This document shows, piece after piece, positions 40,000 to 50,760 of a DNA stretch of 64,000 nucleotides (position 1 is the stretch's first letter; the number at the start of each line of letters is the position of its first letter). Source of the DNA: an uncultured beta proteobacterium (GTDB taxonomy: Bacteria; Pseudomonadota; Gammaproteobacteria; Burkholderiales; Casimicrobiaceae); contig CAVUXI010000023.1 of NCBI GenBank assembly GCA_963745385.1, positions 5,622 through 69,621 on the forward strand. The letters run 5' to 3'. The position numbers and the translations under genes were made by a program. The notes under the pieces were generated by a model. It saw nothing but the letters and a program-made list of their open reading frames with translations, searched no databases and had not been told where the DNA came from.

Positions 40000-40009
40000 T
40001 AGGAACGCT

Positions 40010-41215
40010 ATGGACGACGCATTCATCTGTGACGCCGTGCGTACGCCGATCGGCCGCTATGGCGGCGGTCTCGCGGGTGTGCGCGCGGATGACCTGGGCG
40101 CGGTTCCGATTCGCGCGCTGATCGAGCGCAACCCGTCGGTCGATTGGGCAAGCGTCGACGATGTCCTCTACGGCTGCGCCAACCAGGCGGGTGAGGACAA
40201 TCGCAACGTCGCACGGATGTCGCTGTTGCTCGCCGGACTGCCCGATAGCATTCCGGGATCGACGATCAACCGCTTGTGCGGCTCGAGCATGGATGCGCTT
40301 GCCGTCGCCTCCCGGGCAATCAAGAGCGGCGAGACTACCCTGATGATTGCCGGCGGCGTCGAGAGCATGTCTCGGGCACCGTTCGTCATGGGCAAGGCGG
40401 AGTCCGCATTTTCCCGGTCGGCGCAGATTTTCGACACCACGCTCGGTTGGCGCTTCGTCAACCCGCTCATGAAAGCGAAGTACGGTGTCGACTCCATGCC
40501 TGAAACCGCGGAGAACGTCGCAATCGATTTCAAGATCTCGCGCGAGGATCAGGACGCCTTCGCGCTCCGCAGCCAGCAGCGTGCGCAAGCCGCGATCAAG
40601 GAGGGACGCCTGGCGGAAGAGATCGTGCCGGTAAGGATTCCGCAAAAGAAGGGAGATCCCGTCGTGGTCGCGCATGACGAGCATCCGCGCGCGGACACCT
40701 CGCGCGAGTCGCTCGCGCGCCTCAAGGGGGTCGTCCGTCCGGACGGGACGGTCACCGCGGGCAATGCCTCGGGCGTCAACGACGGGGCGTGCGCGGTGCT
40801 GGTGGCATCGGGTGAGGCCGCCAAGCGGCACGGTCTTACGCCACGGGCGAGAATTGTCGCGGCAGCCGTCGCGGGCGTGGCGCCGCGCATCATGGGCTTC
40901 GGTCCCGCGCCGGCGATGCGCAAAGTGCTCGCCAAGGCGGGACTGACGCTCGAAGATATCGACGTGATCGAGCTCAACGAAGCATTCGCATCTCAGGCGC
41001 TGGCGGTGTTACGCGATCAAGGCATCGCCGACGATGCGCCCAACGTCAATCCGAACGGCGGCGCAATCGCGCTCGGTCATCCGCTGGGGGCGAGCGGCGC
41101 GCGTCTGGTCACCACCGCGATGTATCAGCTCCGCCGGACAGGTGGACGCTACGCCTTGTGCACGATGTGCATCGGGGTGGGGCAGGGCATCGCCATGATC
41201 ATCGAGCGCGTTTGA
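40010..41215 (+). CDS. pcaF: 3-oxoadipyl-CoA thiolase
   Basis: Thiolase motifs NRLCGSSMDA, NEAFASQ, GGAIALGHPLGASG and CIGVGQG. Confidence 0.85.
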   Translation: MDDAFICDAVRTPIGRYGGGLAGVRADDLGAVPIRALIERNPSVDWASVDDVLYGCANQAGEDNRNVARMSLLLAGLPDSIPGSTINRLCGSSMDALAVASRAIKSGETTLMIAGGVESMSRAPFVMGKAESAFSRSAQIFDTTLGWRFVNPLMKAKYGVDSMPETAENVAIDFKISREDQDAFALRSQQRAQAAIKEGRLAEEIVPVRIPQKKGDPVVVAHDEHPRADTSRESLARLKGVVRPDGTVTAGNASGVNDGACAVLVASGEAAKRHGLTPRARIVAAAVAGVAPRIMGFGPAPAMRKVLAKAGLTLEDIDVIELNEAFASQALAVLRDQGIADDAPNVNPNGGAIALGHPLGASGARLVTTAMYQLRRTGGRYALCTMCIGVGQGIAMIIERV

Positions 41216-41297
41216 GGGCCGGGTTGCCGGCCCCTCACCCCTTGCGCACTCGCTTCCCAGCGACCTTAAAGCGATGCCGCGCGATAAAGGACAAGCG

Positions 41298-42011
41298 ATG
41301 AGCAGCATCACCGGGTACCGCCGGCCGTACTACGAAACGCAGCCGCCGTACCTCTACCCAGGCTACAAGTCGACGGTGAAACGGGCGCCCAGCGCGCCGT
41401 TGATCCACCTGCCGCACACTTTGTCGGAGGTGACCGGCCCCGTGTTCGGCAGCGGCGACGTCGGCCCCGATGACGGTGACCTCACGGCACAGCACGACGG
41501 TCCGCCGCTCGGAGAGCGCATCGTCGTTTCCGGTCGGATCCTCGATGAGAACAGCCGGCCGGTCGCGCATGCACTCGTTGAGATGTGGCAGGCAAACGCG
41601 TCCGGCCGCTACGCGCACGACATCGACGACCATGACGCGCCGCTCGATCCGAACTTCACCGGCGGCGGCCGCGTGCTGACGGATGCCAACGGCTTCTACA
41701 GCTTCAGGACCATCAAGCCTGGCGCATACCCATGGCGCAACCACTACAACGCGTGGCGTCCCGCACATCTGCATTTCTCGCTGTTCGGGCTCGGGTTGGT
41801 GCAGCGGCTGGTGACGCAGATGTATTTTCCAGGCGACCCGCTGCTCGCCTACGACCCGATGTACAACAGCGTTCCCGATCCCCGGGCGCGCGAGCGGCTG
41901 GTGTCGACGTTCGACTGGGAGAGGACGATTCCCGATATCGCACTCGCGTATCGCTTCGACATCGTGCTGCGCGGCCGCGACGAGACGCCGATGGAAACCA
42001 GACGGTCGTAG
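41298..42011 (+). CDS. pcaH: Protocatechuate 3,4-dioxygenase beta subunit
   Basis: Intradiol dioxygenase motifs ...GRYAHD... and WRPAHLHFSLFG. ATG with AAAGGA upstream. Confidence 0.85.
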   Translation: MSSITGYRRPYYETQPPYLYPGYKSTVKRAPSAPLIHLPHTLSEVTGPVFGSGDVGPDDGDLTAQHDGPPLGERIVVSGRILDENSRPVAHALVEMWQANASGRYAHDIDDHDAPLDPNFTGGGRVLTDANGFYSFRTIKPGAYPWRNHYNAWRPAHLHFSLFGLGLVQRLVTQMYFPGDPLLAYDPMYNSVPDPRARERLVSTFDWERTIPDIALAYRFDIVLRGRDETPMETRRS

Positions 42012-42023
42012 TTCGCAAAACCC

Positions 42024-42587
42024 ATGAGCTTGATCACGACCGCATCACAGACCGTGGGACCCTTCGTCGAGATCGGCTTCGCGGCGCTTGCGGGAAACGC
42101 GATTGCACCGGCGGATGCCGCGGGGGAGCGCGTAACGATTCACGGCCGGCTCGTCGACGGCGACGGCAGGCCGATCAGCGATGGGGTACTGGAAATCTGG
42201 CAGGCCGATGCCGAAGGCCGATACGCACACCCCGAAGGGGCGCAAGCCACACCCGCCGCGTTCCGCGGATTTGGCCGCATTCTCACGGATAGCAGCGGCG
42301 AGTTTCGATTCTCGACGATCAAACCGGGCCGCGTGCCGGGACCCGGGGGCGCGCTGCAGGCGCCGCACCTCGTCGTGACGGTCTTCACGCGCGGGCTGCT
42401 CAAGCACCTGCTCACGCGCGTGTACTTTCCGGACGAATCGTCGAATGGCGAAGATCCGGTGTTGAATCTCGTGCCCGCGGAACGGCGGGGGACGTTGATT
42501 GCGAGAACCGCCGCCGGATCGTCGTCGGCACTCGAATGGAATGTCGTGCTCCAGGGAAACAGCGAAACCGTGTTTTTCGATTTCTAG
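42024..42587 (+). CDS. pcaG: Protocatechuate 3,4-dioxygenase alpha subunit
   Basis: TVGPF..., EIWQADAEGRYAHP, PHLVVTVFTRGLL. Confidence 0.85.
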   Translation: MSLITTASQTVGPFVEIGFAALAGNAIAPADAAGERVTIHGRLVDGDGRPISDGVLEIWQADAEGRYAHPEGAQATPAAFRGFGRILTDSSGEFRFSTIKPGRVPGPGGALQAPHLVVTVFTRGLLKHLLTRVYFPDESSNGEDPVLNLVPAERRGTLIARTAAGSSSALEWNVVLQGNSETVFFDF

Positions 42588-42593
42588 CGGCCT

Positions 42594-43412
42594 ATGCTCA
42601 AGCGCTCTGCGACGATGGGAGACACGCCCGATCGGACATGCGTTCTTGCCGACGGCACTGCATTACGCTATCGCGTCGAAGGCCCGCCGGGCGCTCCGAT
42701 GCTCGTGCTTTCCAACTCGCTTGGAACGAACGTCGCGATGTGGGATGCGCAGGCGCCGGTTCTGGCGCAGCGCTTTCGCGTGCTGCGCTACGACAACCGC
42801 GGCCAGGGCGCTTCAACGAATACCGAGGAACGGTACGGCATGGCGCAGCTTGCGCGCGACGTCCTGACGCTGCTCGATGCGCTCGAAGTGGCGCGCGCGC
42901 ACTTTTGCGGATTGTCCATGGGCGGCATGGTCGGAATGTGGCTGGGAGCGCACGCTGAAGAGCGGATCGACCGCTTGATACTGTGCAATACTGCGCCGCG
43001 CATCGGCTCGGCCCAGTCGTGGAATGGCCGCATCGACGCCGTGCGCAAAGGCGGTTTGGAAGCGATCGCGGACGGAGTCGTCGACGGCTGGTTCACTGCG
43101 GAGTTCCGCAAGCGCGCGCCGCGGACAGTCAAACAGATGCGCTACATGCTTATCGCCAATCCCGCTGAGGGCTATGCGGCCGCCTGCGCGGCGGTGCGCG
43201 ATACGGATCACTGGGACGTGCTGCCGGACATCGACCGGCCGACCCTGATCGTTGCGGGTGCGCATGACGCCGCCGCGCCGCCCGCAGAAGGACGCAGGAT
43301 GGCACAGGAGATTCAGGGCGCGGCGTATGTCGAGCTGGATGCGGCCCACATTTCCAACATCGAGCAGCCGGATCGCTTCACGGCCGCGGTGGTCGATTTT
43401 CTCGGGGCCTGA
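42594..43412 (+). CDS. pcaD: 3-oxoadipate enol-lactonase (alpha/beta hydrolase)
   Basis: Nucleophile elbow GLSMGG and position within the pca cluster. Confidence 0.8.
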   Translation: MLKRSATMGDTPDRTCVLADGTALRYRVEGPPGAPMLVLSNSLGTNVAMWDAQAPVLAQRFRVLRYDNRGQGASTNTEERYGMAQLARDVLTLLDALEVARAHFCGLSMGGMVGMWLGAHAEERIDRLILCNTAPRIGSAQSWNGRIDAVRKGGLEAIADGVVDGWFTAEFRKRAPRTVKQMRYMLIANPAEGYAAACAAVRDTDHWDVLPDIDRPTLIVAGAHDAAAPPAEGRRMAQEIQGAAYVELDAAHISNIEQPDRFTAAVVDFLGA

Positions 43413-43424
43413 ACGGAGACAGCC

Positions 43425-43816
43425 ATGGACGAGCGGGATCGCTACGAAAAGGGCATGACTGTGCGCCGCGCGGTGCTGGGCGATGCGCACGTCGATCGAA
43501 CGCTTGCGCGCAAGAATCGCCTTCAACGAGGAGTTCCAGGATCTGATCACGCGCTACGCGTGGGGCGAGATCTGGACCCGCCCGGGGCTGACCGCGCCAT
43601 ACGCGGAGCCTGATCACCGTCGCGATGATGATCGCGCTGAATCGCGCCGACGAGTTCCGGCTGCATGTGCGCGCGGCATTCAACAACGGCGTCACCCGCG
43701 ACGAGATCAAGGAAGTGCTGCTGCAGGCCGCGATCTATTGCGGCGTTCCCGCCGCGAACAATGCATTCCATCTCGCCGAGGAAGTGTTCGCCGCAGATGG
43801 ACCAGCGCCGCGCTGA
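43425..43816 (+). pseudogene. pcaC: 4-carboxymuconolactone decarboxylase, two frameshifts
   Basis: MDERDRYEKGM...VLGDAHVDR, then FNEEFQDLITRYAWGEIWTRPGL, then MMIALNRADEF...LLQAAIYCGVPAANNAF, each in a different frame. Confidence 0.75.
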
Positions 43817-43845
43817 CGCTAGCGGATCGGAACCCGCGATGCAGC

Positions 43846-45045
43846 ATGCGCACTCAGGTCGGCGATCGTCGGCGCCGGGCCGGCCGGGCTGCTGCTGTCG
43901 CATCTGCTGCACCTGCGAGGGCATCGAATCGGTCGTGCTCGAGACTCGCAGCCGCGACTATGTCGAGCAGCGGGTGCGCGCCGGCGTGCTCGAACAGGGG
44001 ACGGTCGACCTGCTCGAACGAGTCGGGCGTCGGCGAGCGGCATGAAGCGCGAAGGCCTGGTCCATCACGGCATCGAGCTGCGCTTCGGCGGCCGCGGCCA
44101 TCGCATCGACATGACCGAGCTGACCGGCGGCCGCGTCGATCACCGTCTACGGGCAGCAGGAAGTCGTCAAGGATCTGATTCGCGCGCGCGGCTCGACGCC
44201 GGCGGGCAGATCGTGTTCGGCGTCGAGCGACGTGCGCGTTGCACGACATCGACACCGAGCACGCCGCGCATGTCTCGTTTCGCGACGGCGGCGAAGCGTC
44301 GAGCTCGATGTGCGACATCATCGCCGGCTGCGACGGCTTCCACGGCGTCTGCCGGCCGTCGATTCCCGCGCGGCGCGCTGCGCGAGCTTCGAGCGCACGT
44401 ATCCGTTCGCGTGGCTCGGCATCCTGGCCGAGGCGCCGCCGACGCACGACGAGCTGATCTACGCCTACCACGAGCGCGGCTTCGCGCTCTACAGCATGCG
44501 CTCGCCGGAAATCACGCGGCTCTACCTCCAGGTGGCGCCCGAGGAAGACATCGGCGACTGGCCCGACGATCGCATCTGGGAGGAGCTGCACACGCGGCTC
44601 GAGACCGACGACGGCTGGACGCTGCGCGAGGGCACGGTGCATCGAAAAAGGCATCACCGGCATGCGCAGCTTCGTCGTCGAGCCGATGCAGTATCGGGCG
44701 GCTTGTTCCTGGCCGGCGACGCGGCGCACATCGTGCCGCCCGACCGGCGCCAAGGGCATGAATCTCGCGGTCGCCGACGTGCGCGTCCTGGCGCGCGCGT
44801 CGACGTGCGTTCTTCAAGTCGGGAAAGACGCGAGCTGCTCGACGCTTACTCGGAGACCTGCCTGCAAGCGCGTCTGGCGCGCCGAGCATTTTTCGTGGTG
44901 GATGACGTCGATGCTGCATCGCTTTCCCGAGCGACGACGAGTTCCAGCACCGGCTGCAGCGCTCGCAGCTCGAATACGTCGTCGAGCTCGCGGCGCCGCG
45001 GCGACGTCGCTCGCGGAAAATTACGTGGGTCTACCGTTCGAATGA
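43846..45045 (+). pseudogene. pobA: 4-hydroxybenzoate 3-monooxygenase, many frameshifts
   Basis: VAIVGAGPAGLLLSHLL, CDGFHGV, YPFAWLGILAEAPP and GDAAHIVPPTGAKGMNLA can only be read by repeated frame changes. Confidence 0.75.
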
Positions 45046-45176
45046 GCTGTACAGCGAATGAGCCGTATCGCGCAGCGATCGTCGGTGCAGCTCGCGAGGG
45101 CATGCGATACTATGGGTGACGACGAGCAACGCTGCGCGGCAGGCAACGAGACGCTAGCTATTTGATTGACAGTCGA
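45043..45176 (-). mobile_element. MITE-A copy 4, inverted orientation, degenerate (~80% identity with internal deletions)
   Basis: Aligns over its full length to the reverse complement of copies 1-3 (...CGAGACGCTAGCTATTTGATTG-ACAGTC). Overlaps the pobA stop codon. Confidence 0.55.
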
Positions 45177-45237
45177 AGACATGAAACATTGCAGACCGAA
45201 ATCGAAACGTTGATCGAGAAGTCGCATTCGAGCACAG

Positions 45238-46401
45238 ATGAAAAGTACGCTGGCGGGATGGCATTGCTGGCGGCGACGGGCTCGCGCAGGCGCAGGGCGT
45301 CGATCAAGCTGGGTATGGTCGCCGAGTTCTCCGGCCCGTTCGCGCAATACGGCCAGCAGATGCTAGGGCGGCATGAAGGCGTACATGAAGCAGCACGGCG
45401 ACACGCGTCGCCGGCAAGAAGATCGAGATCGTGCAAAAGGACACGACCGGCCCGCGCCCGATGTCGCCAAGCGGCTCGCGCAGGAGCTCGTCACGCGCGA
45501 CAACGTCGACATCCTGGTCGGCTTCGGGCTCACGCCGAATGCGCTGGCGGTCGCGCCGGTCGCGACCGAGGCGAAGAAGCCGATGATCATCATGAACGCC
45601 GCGACGTCGATCATCACCACCAAGTCGCCCTACATCGTCGCGCGTGTCGATGACGCTGCCGCAGATCACGCAGCCGATGGCGCGCTGGGCCGCGAAGAAC
45701 GGCATCAAGAAGGTCTACACGGTCGTCGCCGACTACGGCCCCGGGCTCGACGCCGAAGCGGCGTTCAGCAAGGCGTTCAAGGCGGCCGGCGGCGAGATGG
45801 TCGGCAGCGTGCACACGCCGCTGCAGAATCCGGACTTCGCGCCCGTTCATCCAGCGCGTCAAGGACGCCAAGCCCGAAGCGGTGTTCCTGTTCCTGCCGG
45901 CGGGCGAGCAGGGCATCGCCTTCATGAAGGGTTACAAGGAGCGCGGACTGGCCGAAGCCGGCATCAAGCTGATCGCCACCGGCGACATCACCGACGACGG
46001 CGTGCTCGAAGCGATGGGCGACCCGACGCTCGGGTCTGATCACCAGCTTCCACTATTCGGCGGCGCACGATTCGCCGGAGAACAACGCGTTCAAGAAAGC
46101 GTACGCCGACGCCAACGGCACCAAGCTGCGCCCCAATTTCATGGCGGCGGCGGGCTACGACGGCATGGCGGCGATCTACGAGGCGCTGAAGAAGACCGGC
46201 GGCTCGACCGACGGCGACAAGCTCATGGCGGCGTTCAAGGGAATGAAGATCGCAAGCCCGCGCGGCCCGATCATGATCGATCCGGAGACGCGCGATGTCG
46301 TGCAGACGGTGTACATCCGCAAGGTCGAAAAGACGGGCGGCGGCCTGTACAACGTCGAGTTCGACAAGTTCCCGGACCAGAAGGATCCGGGCAAGACCTG
46401 A
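45238..46401 (+). pseudogene. LivK-type ABC substrate-binding protein, many frameshifts
   Basis: IKLGMVAEFSGPFAQYGQQ, ILVGFGLTPNALAVAPVATEAKKPMIIMNAAT and ...YIRKVEKTGGGLYNVEFDKFPDQKDPGKT are spread over all three frames. Confidence 0.7.
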
Positions 46402-46473
46402 GCCGGTCGCCAACGGGCGGCGAATGCCAACGCGAGGCAATCGCGGCGAGTGACGTCGTGCGCTGAGGTTCGC

Positions 46474-47599
46474 TTACGCGCCGCCCCACACTTCCTGCGC
46501 CGTCTCGACGACCAGGCGCAGCTTCGCCGCCTGCGCCTCGCGCGCGATCTCGTTGCCGTGGACCGTGCTCGAAAACCCGCATTGCGGCGACAGGCAGAGC
46601 TGATCGAGCGGCACGCAGCTTGCGCCGCCTCGTCGATTTTGCGCTTGAGCGCGTCCTTCGATTCGAGCTCGCCGAGCTTGGTGGTGACCAGCCCGAGCAC
46701 GACGGTCTTGCCCTGGCGGGACGAAGCGCAGCGGCGAGAAGTCGCCCGAGCGGGCGTCGTCGTATTCGAGGAAATAGCCGTCGACCTGCAATTCGTTGAA
46801 CAGCACCTCGGCCACCGGCTCGTAGCCGCCTTCGGCGACCCAGGCGCTCTTGAAGTTGCCGCGGCACAGGTGGATGCAGACCGTCATTCCCGGCGGCCGA
46901 TCGGCGATGGCCGCATTGATCAGGCGCGCGTAGCGGCGCGGCAGCTCGTTCGGGATCGTCGCCGCGCTGCCGCGCGCCTTCGCGCATCTTTTCGTCGCAC
47001 AGGTAGGCGAGGTTGGTGTCGTCGAGCTGCAGATAGCGGCAGCCGGCGTCGCCAAGCGCGCGTATCTCGTCGCGGTACGCCGCCGCCACGTCGGCAAAGA
47101 AAATCTCGAGGTCGGGATAGGCCTCGCGGCTGATCGCCTCGCGGCCGCCGCGAAAATGCAGCATGGTCGGCGACGGAATGGTGACCTTCGGCGTGCGCCG
47201 GGTCACCGACTGCAGGAACTTGAAATCGTCGACCTGGATCGGCTTCGACGTGCCGCACCGGCGCGGTGACGCGCATGACCGGCGGCGCGAAATCGACGTT
47301 GCCTGCCGCGCTGTGAAAGCTGACCGCAATGCCGCCCTTGGTTTCGACGCCGGCGAGCTGCTCGAGGAAGTCGATGTGAAAATAGGTGCGGCGAAATTCG
47401 CCGTCGGTGATCCCGCGCAGACCGAGATCCTCCTGCAGGCGGACGACGTCGCGAATCGCGGCGTCTTCGACGTCGCGCAGCTGGCCGCGCGTCGATCTCG
47501 CCCGTTGCGCGCTCGCTCGCGGGCTTCGAGCAATGCGGCCGGGCGCAGGAAGCTGCCGACGTGATCGGCGCGAAATGGCGGGTTCTTGCGTGCTGACAT
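46474..47599 (-). pseudogene. Cobalamin-independent methionine synthase (MetE C-terminal-like) family protein, frameshifted
   Basis: N-terminus PPFRADHVGSFLRP, central ...CIHLCRGNFKSAW and C-terminus ...PQCGFSSTVHGN are split over at least three frames. Confidence 0.7.
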
Positions 47600-47617
47600 G
47601 AGAACGCTTTCAAGAAT

Positions 47618-47658
47618 AGCGAGCGAGGACGCTCATTCAAAACCGAGCCTCGCTCGCT
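47618..47658. promoter_or_regulatory. 11-bp perfect inverted repeat in a divergent intergenic region (candidate operator or hairpin)
   Basis: AGCGAGCGAGG (47618-47628) and CCTCGCTCGCT (47648-47658), separated by 19 nt, between the MetE-like gene and the LivK-type SBP gene. Confidence 0.35.
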
Positions 47659-47685
47659 TGTCAAGAAAACAACCGGAGGATGCAA

Positions 47686-48882
47686 ATGGACAAGATCCCT
47701 TCCCGTAGCCGCAGACGCTTCGTGGCGGGCGTTGCCGCCAGCGCGGTCGCCGTGGCGTGGGCGCCTCGATACGCGCTTGCGGCGGACCCGCTCAAGATCG
47801 GGCTGATTCTTCCGCTTACCGGGCCGTTCGCGTCGACCGGGCGGCAGGTCGAAGCGGCGTGCAGACTTTACATGGCGCGTAACGGCGATTCGGCCGCCGG
47901 CCGCAAGGTCGAGCTTATCGTCAAGGACGACACCGGGCTCGCCCCCGAAACGACCAAGCGCATTGCGCAGGACATGATCGTGCAGGACCACGTTGCCGTG
48001 ATCGCCGGCTTCGGCCTGACGCCGCTGGCGCTCGCCACGGCGCCCGTGGCGACCGAAGCGCAGTATGCCGATGATCGTCATGGCGGCCGCGACATCGATC
48101 ATCCCGCAACGCTCGCCCTTTATCGTCCGCTCGGGGTTCGCGCTGCCGCAGATCACGGCGCCCATCGCCGACTGGGCAGGCAAAGAACAAGATCAAGACC
48201 GTGATCACGCTGGTCACCGACTACGCACCGGGCCTCGACGCGGAGAAGACGTTCGTCAAGCGATTCACCGACGGCGGCGGCAGCGTGCGTCGAATCGCTG
48301 CGCACTCCGCTGCGCAGCCCCGATTACGCGCCGTTCCTGCAGCGCATCAAGGACGCCAAGCCGGAAGCGTTGTTCGTTTTCGTGCCCTCGGGCGAGGGGA
48401 CTGCGGTGCTCAAGCAGTTCGCGGAACGCGGCCTGCGCGAAGCGGGCATCAGCCTGATCTGCACCGGGCGACGTGCTCGACGACGATCTGCTGGATACCA
48501 TCGGTGCAGCCTGCGCTTGGCGTCGTGAGCTCGCACCATTACTCGGCCGCGCATCCTTCGCCGGAGAACAAGGCCTATGTCGAGGGCTTTCATGAAAGCC
48601 AACGGCGGCATGCGTCCGAATTTTCATTCCGTCGGCGGCTACGACGGCATGCATCTGATCTACGAGGCCGTCAAGAAAACCGGAGGCACGGGCGATGGCG
48701 AAGCTCTGGTGGCGGCGATGAAGGGCATGGCGTGGACCAGCCCGAGAGGCCCGATGTCGATCGACGCCGCAACGCGCGACGTGATCCAGAACGTCTACAT
48801 ACGCAAAGTCGAAGCGCGCGATGGCCATTACTGGAACATCGAGTTCGACAAGATCGACAACGTGAAAGACCCCGGCGCGTGA
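47686..48882 (+). pseudogene. Second LivK-type ABC substrate-binding protein (Tat-like leader), frameshifted
   Basis: SRRRFVAGV leader. LKIGLILPLTGPFASTGRQ, PMIVMAAATSII and the C-terminus ...YIRKVEARDGHYWNIEFDKIDNVKDPGA are spread over several frames. GGAGG lies 6 nt before the ATG at 47686. Confidence 0.7.
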
Positions 48883-48904
48883 CGAACGCGCAGAAGCTCG
48901 AATA

Positions 48905-49790
48905 ATGCTTGGCAATCTCCTCGGCGTTCTGTTCGACGGCGTCGCCTACGGCAGCCTGCTGTTCATCATCAGCATCGGCTTGTCGGTGACGATGGGCCTG
49001 ATGAACTTCGTCAATCTCGCCCACGGCGCGTTTGCGATGCTGGGCGGCTACGCGTGCGTGATCGTCATGACGCCGGCTTGGCGTGCCGTTCCTCGCGTCG
49101 CTGCCGATCGCGTTCGCTGGTGAGCGCCGCCGCGGGCGTCGTGCTCGAGCGCACTGCTGTACCGCCGCCTGTATCGCGCGACGCATCTCGATCAGGTGCT
49201 GTTCAGCATCGGGCTCGTTTTCATGTCGATTGCCGGCGCGACGTATTTTTTCGGCTCGCAGCAGCAGCCGGTGCAGCTGCCGGAGTTCCTCCGCGGCCAG
49301 GTCCATGTGCTCGGCCTGGATCTCGGGTCGTATCGCCTGTTCCTGATCGCGGTCGTGGTCGTCGATCACGCTGGCGCTGACGTGGCTGATCGAGCGCACG
49401 CGCTTCGGCGCGGAGATACGCGCGTCGGTCGACAACCAGCAGGCGGCCGCGGGGCTGGGCATCAACGTCTACCGGGTCTTCAGCCTGACCTTCGCGCTCG
49501 GCTCGGGTCTCGCCGGGCTGGGCGGCGGGCTGGGCATCGACGTGCTCGGTCTGGACCCGACGTTTCCGCTCAAATACATGGTGTATTTCCTGCTCGTCGT
49601 CGCGGTGGGCGGCGCGGGCACGATCAAGGGGCCGCTTTTCGCGGCGCTGCTCCTCGGCGTATTCGATGTTGCCGGAAAATATTACGTGCCGCAGATCGGA
49701 TCGTTCGTGATCTATGTCGTGATGGTCGTGATGCTGCTGTCTGTTCCGCGCGGACTCGTGGGCGACGTGCGTGAGGACGGCGCGCAGTGA
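48905..49790 (+). pseudogene. livH: LivH-type ABC permease, frameshifted
   Basis: N-terminus ...MNFVNLAHGAFAMLGGY and C-terminus ...YFLLVVAVGGAGTIKGPL lie in different frames. Confidence 0.7.
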
Positions 49791-50760
49791 ACGGGCGCTT
49801 CCGACGCGCGCGATGGAGCCTGTACGAGATCGGCTTCTGGCTGCTGCCGGTGATTGCATTCTTTCGTGTTTCCCAAGTACCTGACGCTGGGCAGCCAGAT
49901 TCTCATCGCCGGCCTCTTCGCGCTGTCGCTCGATTTGATCCTCGGGCTATGCGCGGATCATCTCTCTCGGCCATGCAGCCTTCTTCGGCGTCGGCGCATA
50001 CACCGCGGGACTGCTTGCCAAGTACGGATGGGACGAGCCGCTGAGCGGTCTGGCTGGCCGCCGCGCTTGCGGCGCGGCCTGGTCGGACTGCTCACCAGCT
50101 TCCTGGTCGTTCGCGGACAGGATCTGACGCGCCTGATGGTGACGCTGGGCATCGGCCTGATGCTTTTCGAGGCGGCGAACAAGGCGTCATCGATCACCGG
50201 CGGCGTCGACGGGCTCTCCGGCGTCGATATGGGCAAGATCTTCGGCGTGTTCTCGTTCGGCATGGACGGCAGGACCGCGTACGTATACTGCCTCGTCGTC
50301 TTGTTCGTCGTATTTCTGTTTGCGCGCACGCTGGTGCGCTCGCCGTTCGGCCTGAGCTTGCGCGGCATCCGTGAGGGCGAGCGGCGCATGCCCGCGATCG
50401 GCGTGTCGGTCCCGAGCGCAAGCTGATCGCGATTTATACCGTCGGTGCCGCCATCGCCGGCATTGCGGGTGCGCTGCTCGCGCAGACGACGCAGTTCGTC
50501 GGCATCGATTCGCTCGGGTTTCCGCGCTCCGCGGAGCTGATGATCATGCTCGTGCTCGGAGGCACCGGATACCTGTACGGAGCGCTGATCGGCGCGGCGG
50601 TGTTCATGCTTCTGCAGGACGTATCTTGTCGAACCTCAACGCCGTGTACTGGCAATTCTGGCTCGGGCTGCTCTTGATCATCATCGTCCTGTTCGCGCGA
50701 GGCGGCCTGATGGGCGGCATCATCGCGCTTAAGAATACGTGGAAAGGAAAGGCACGATGA
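49787..50760 (+). pseudogene. livM: LivM-type ABC permease, frameshifted
   Basis: GTGA overlap with the upstream gene. LivM-like TM segments are distributed over ORFs 49854..50426 and 50371..50760. Confidence 0.65.

Noticed and set aside
41217-41240. Hairpin GGGCCGG-GTTG-CCGGCCC after pcaF as a terminator
   Set aside because: No T-tract follows it, and pcaH starts 60 nt downstream in what looks like one operon. At most it is an mRNA-stabilising stem.
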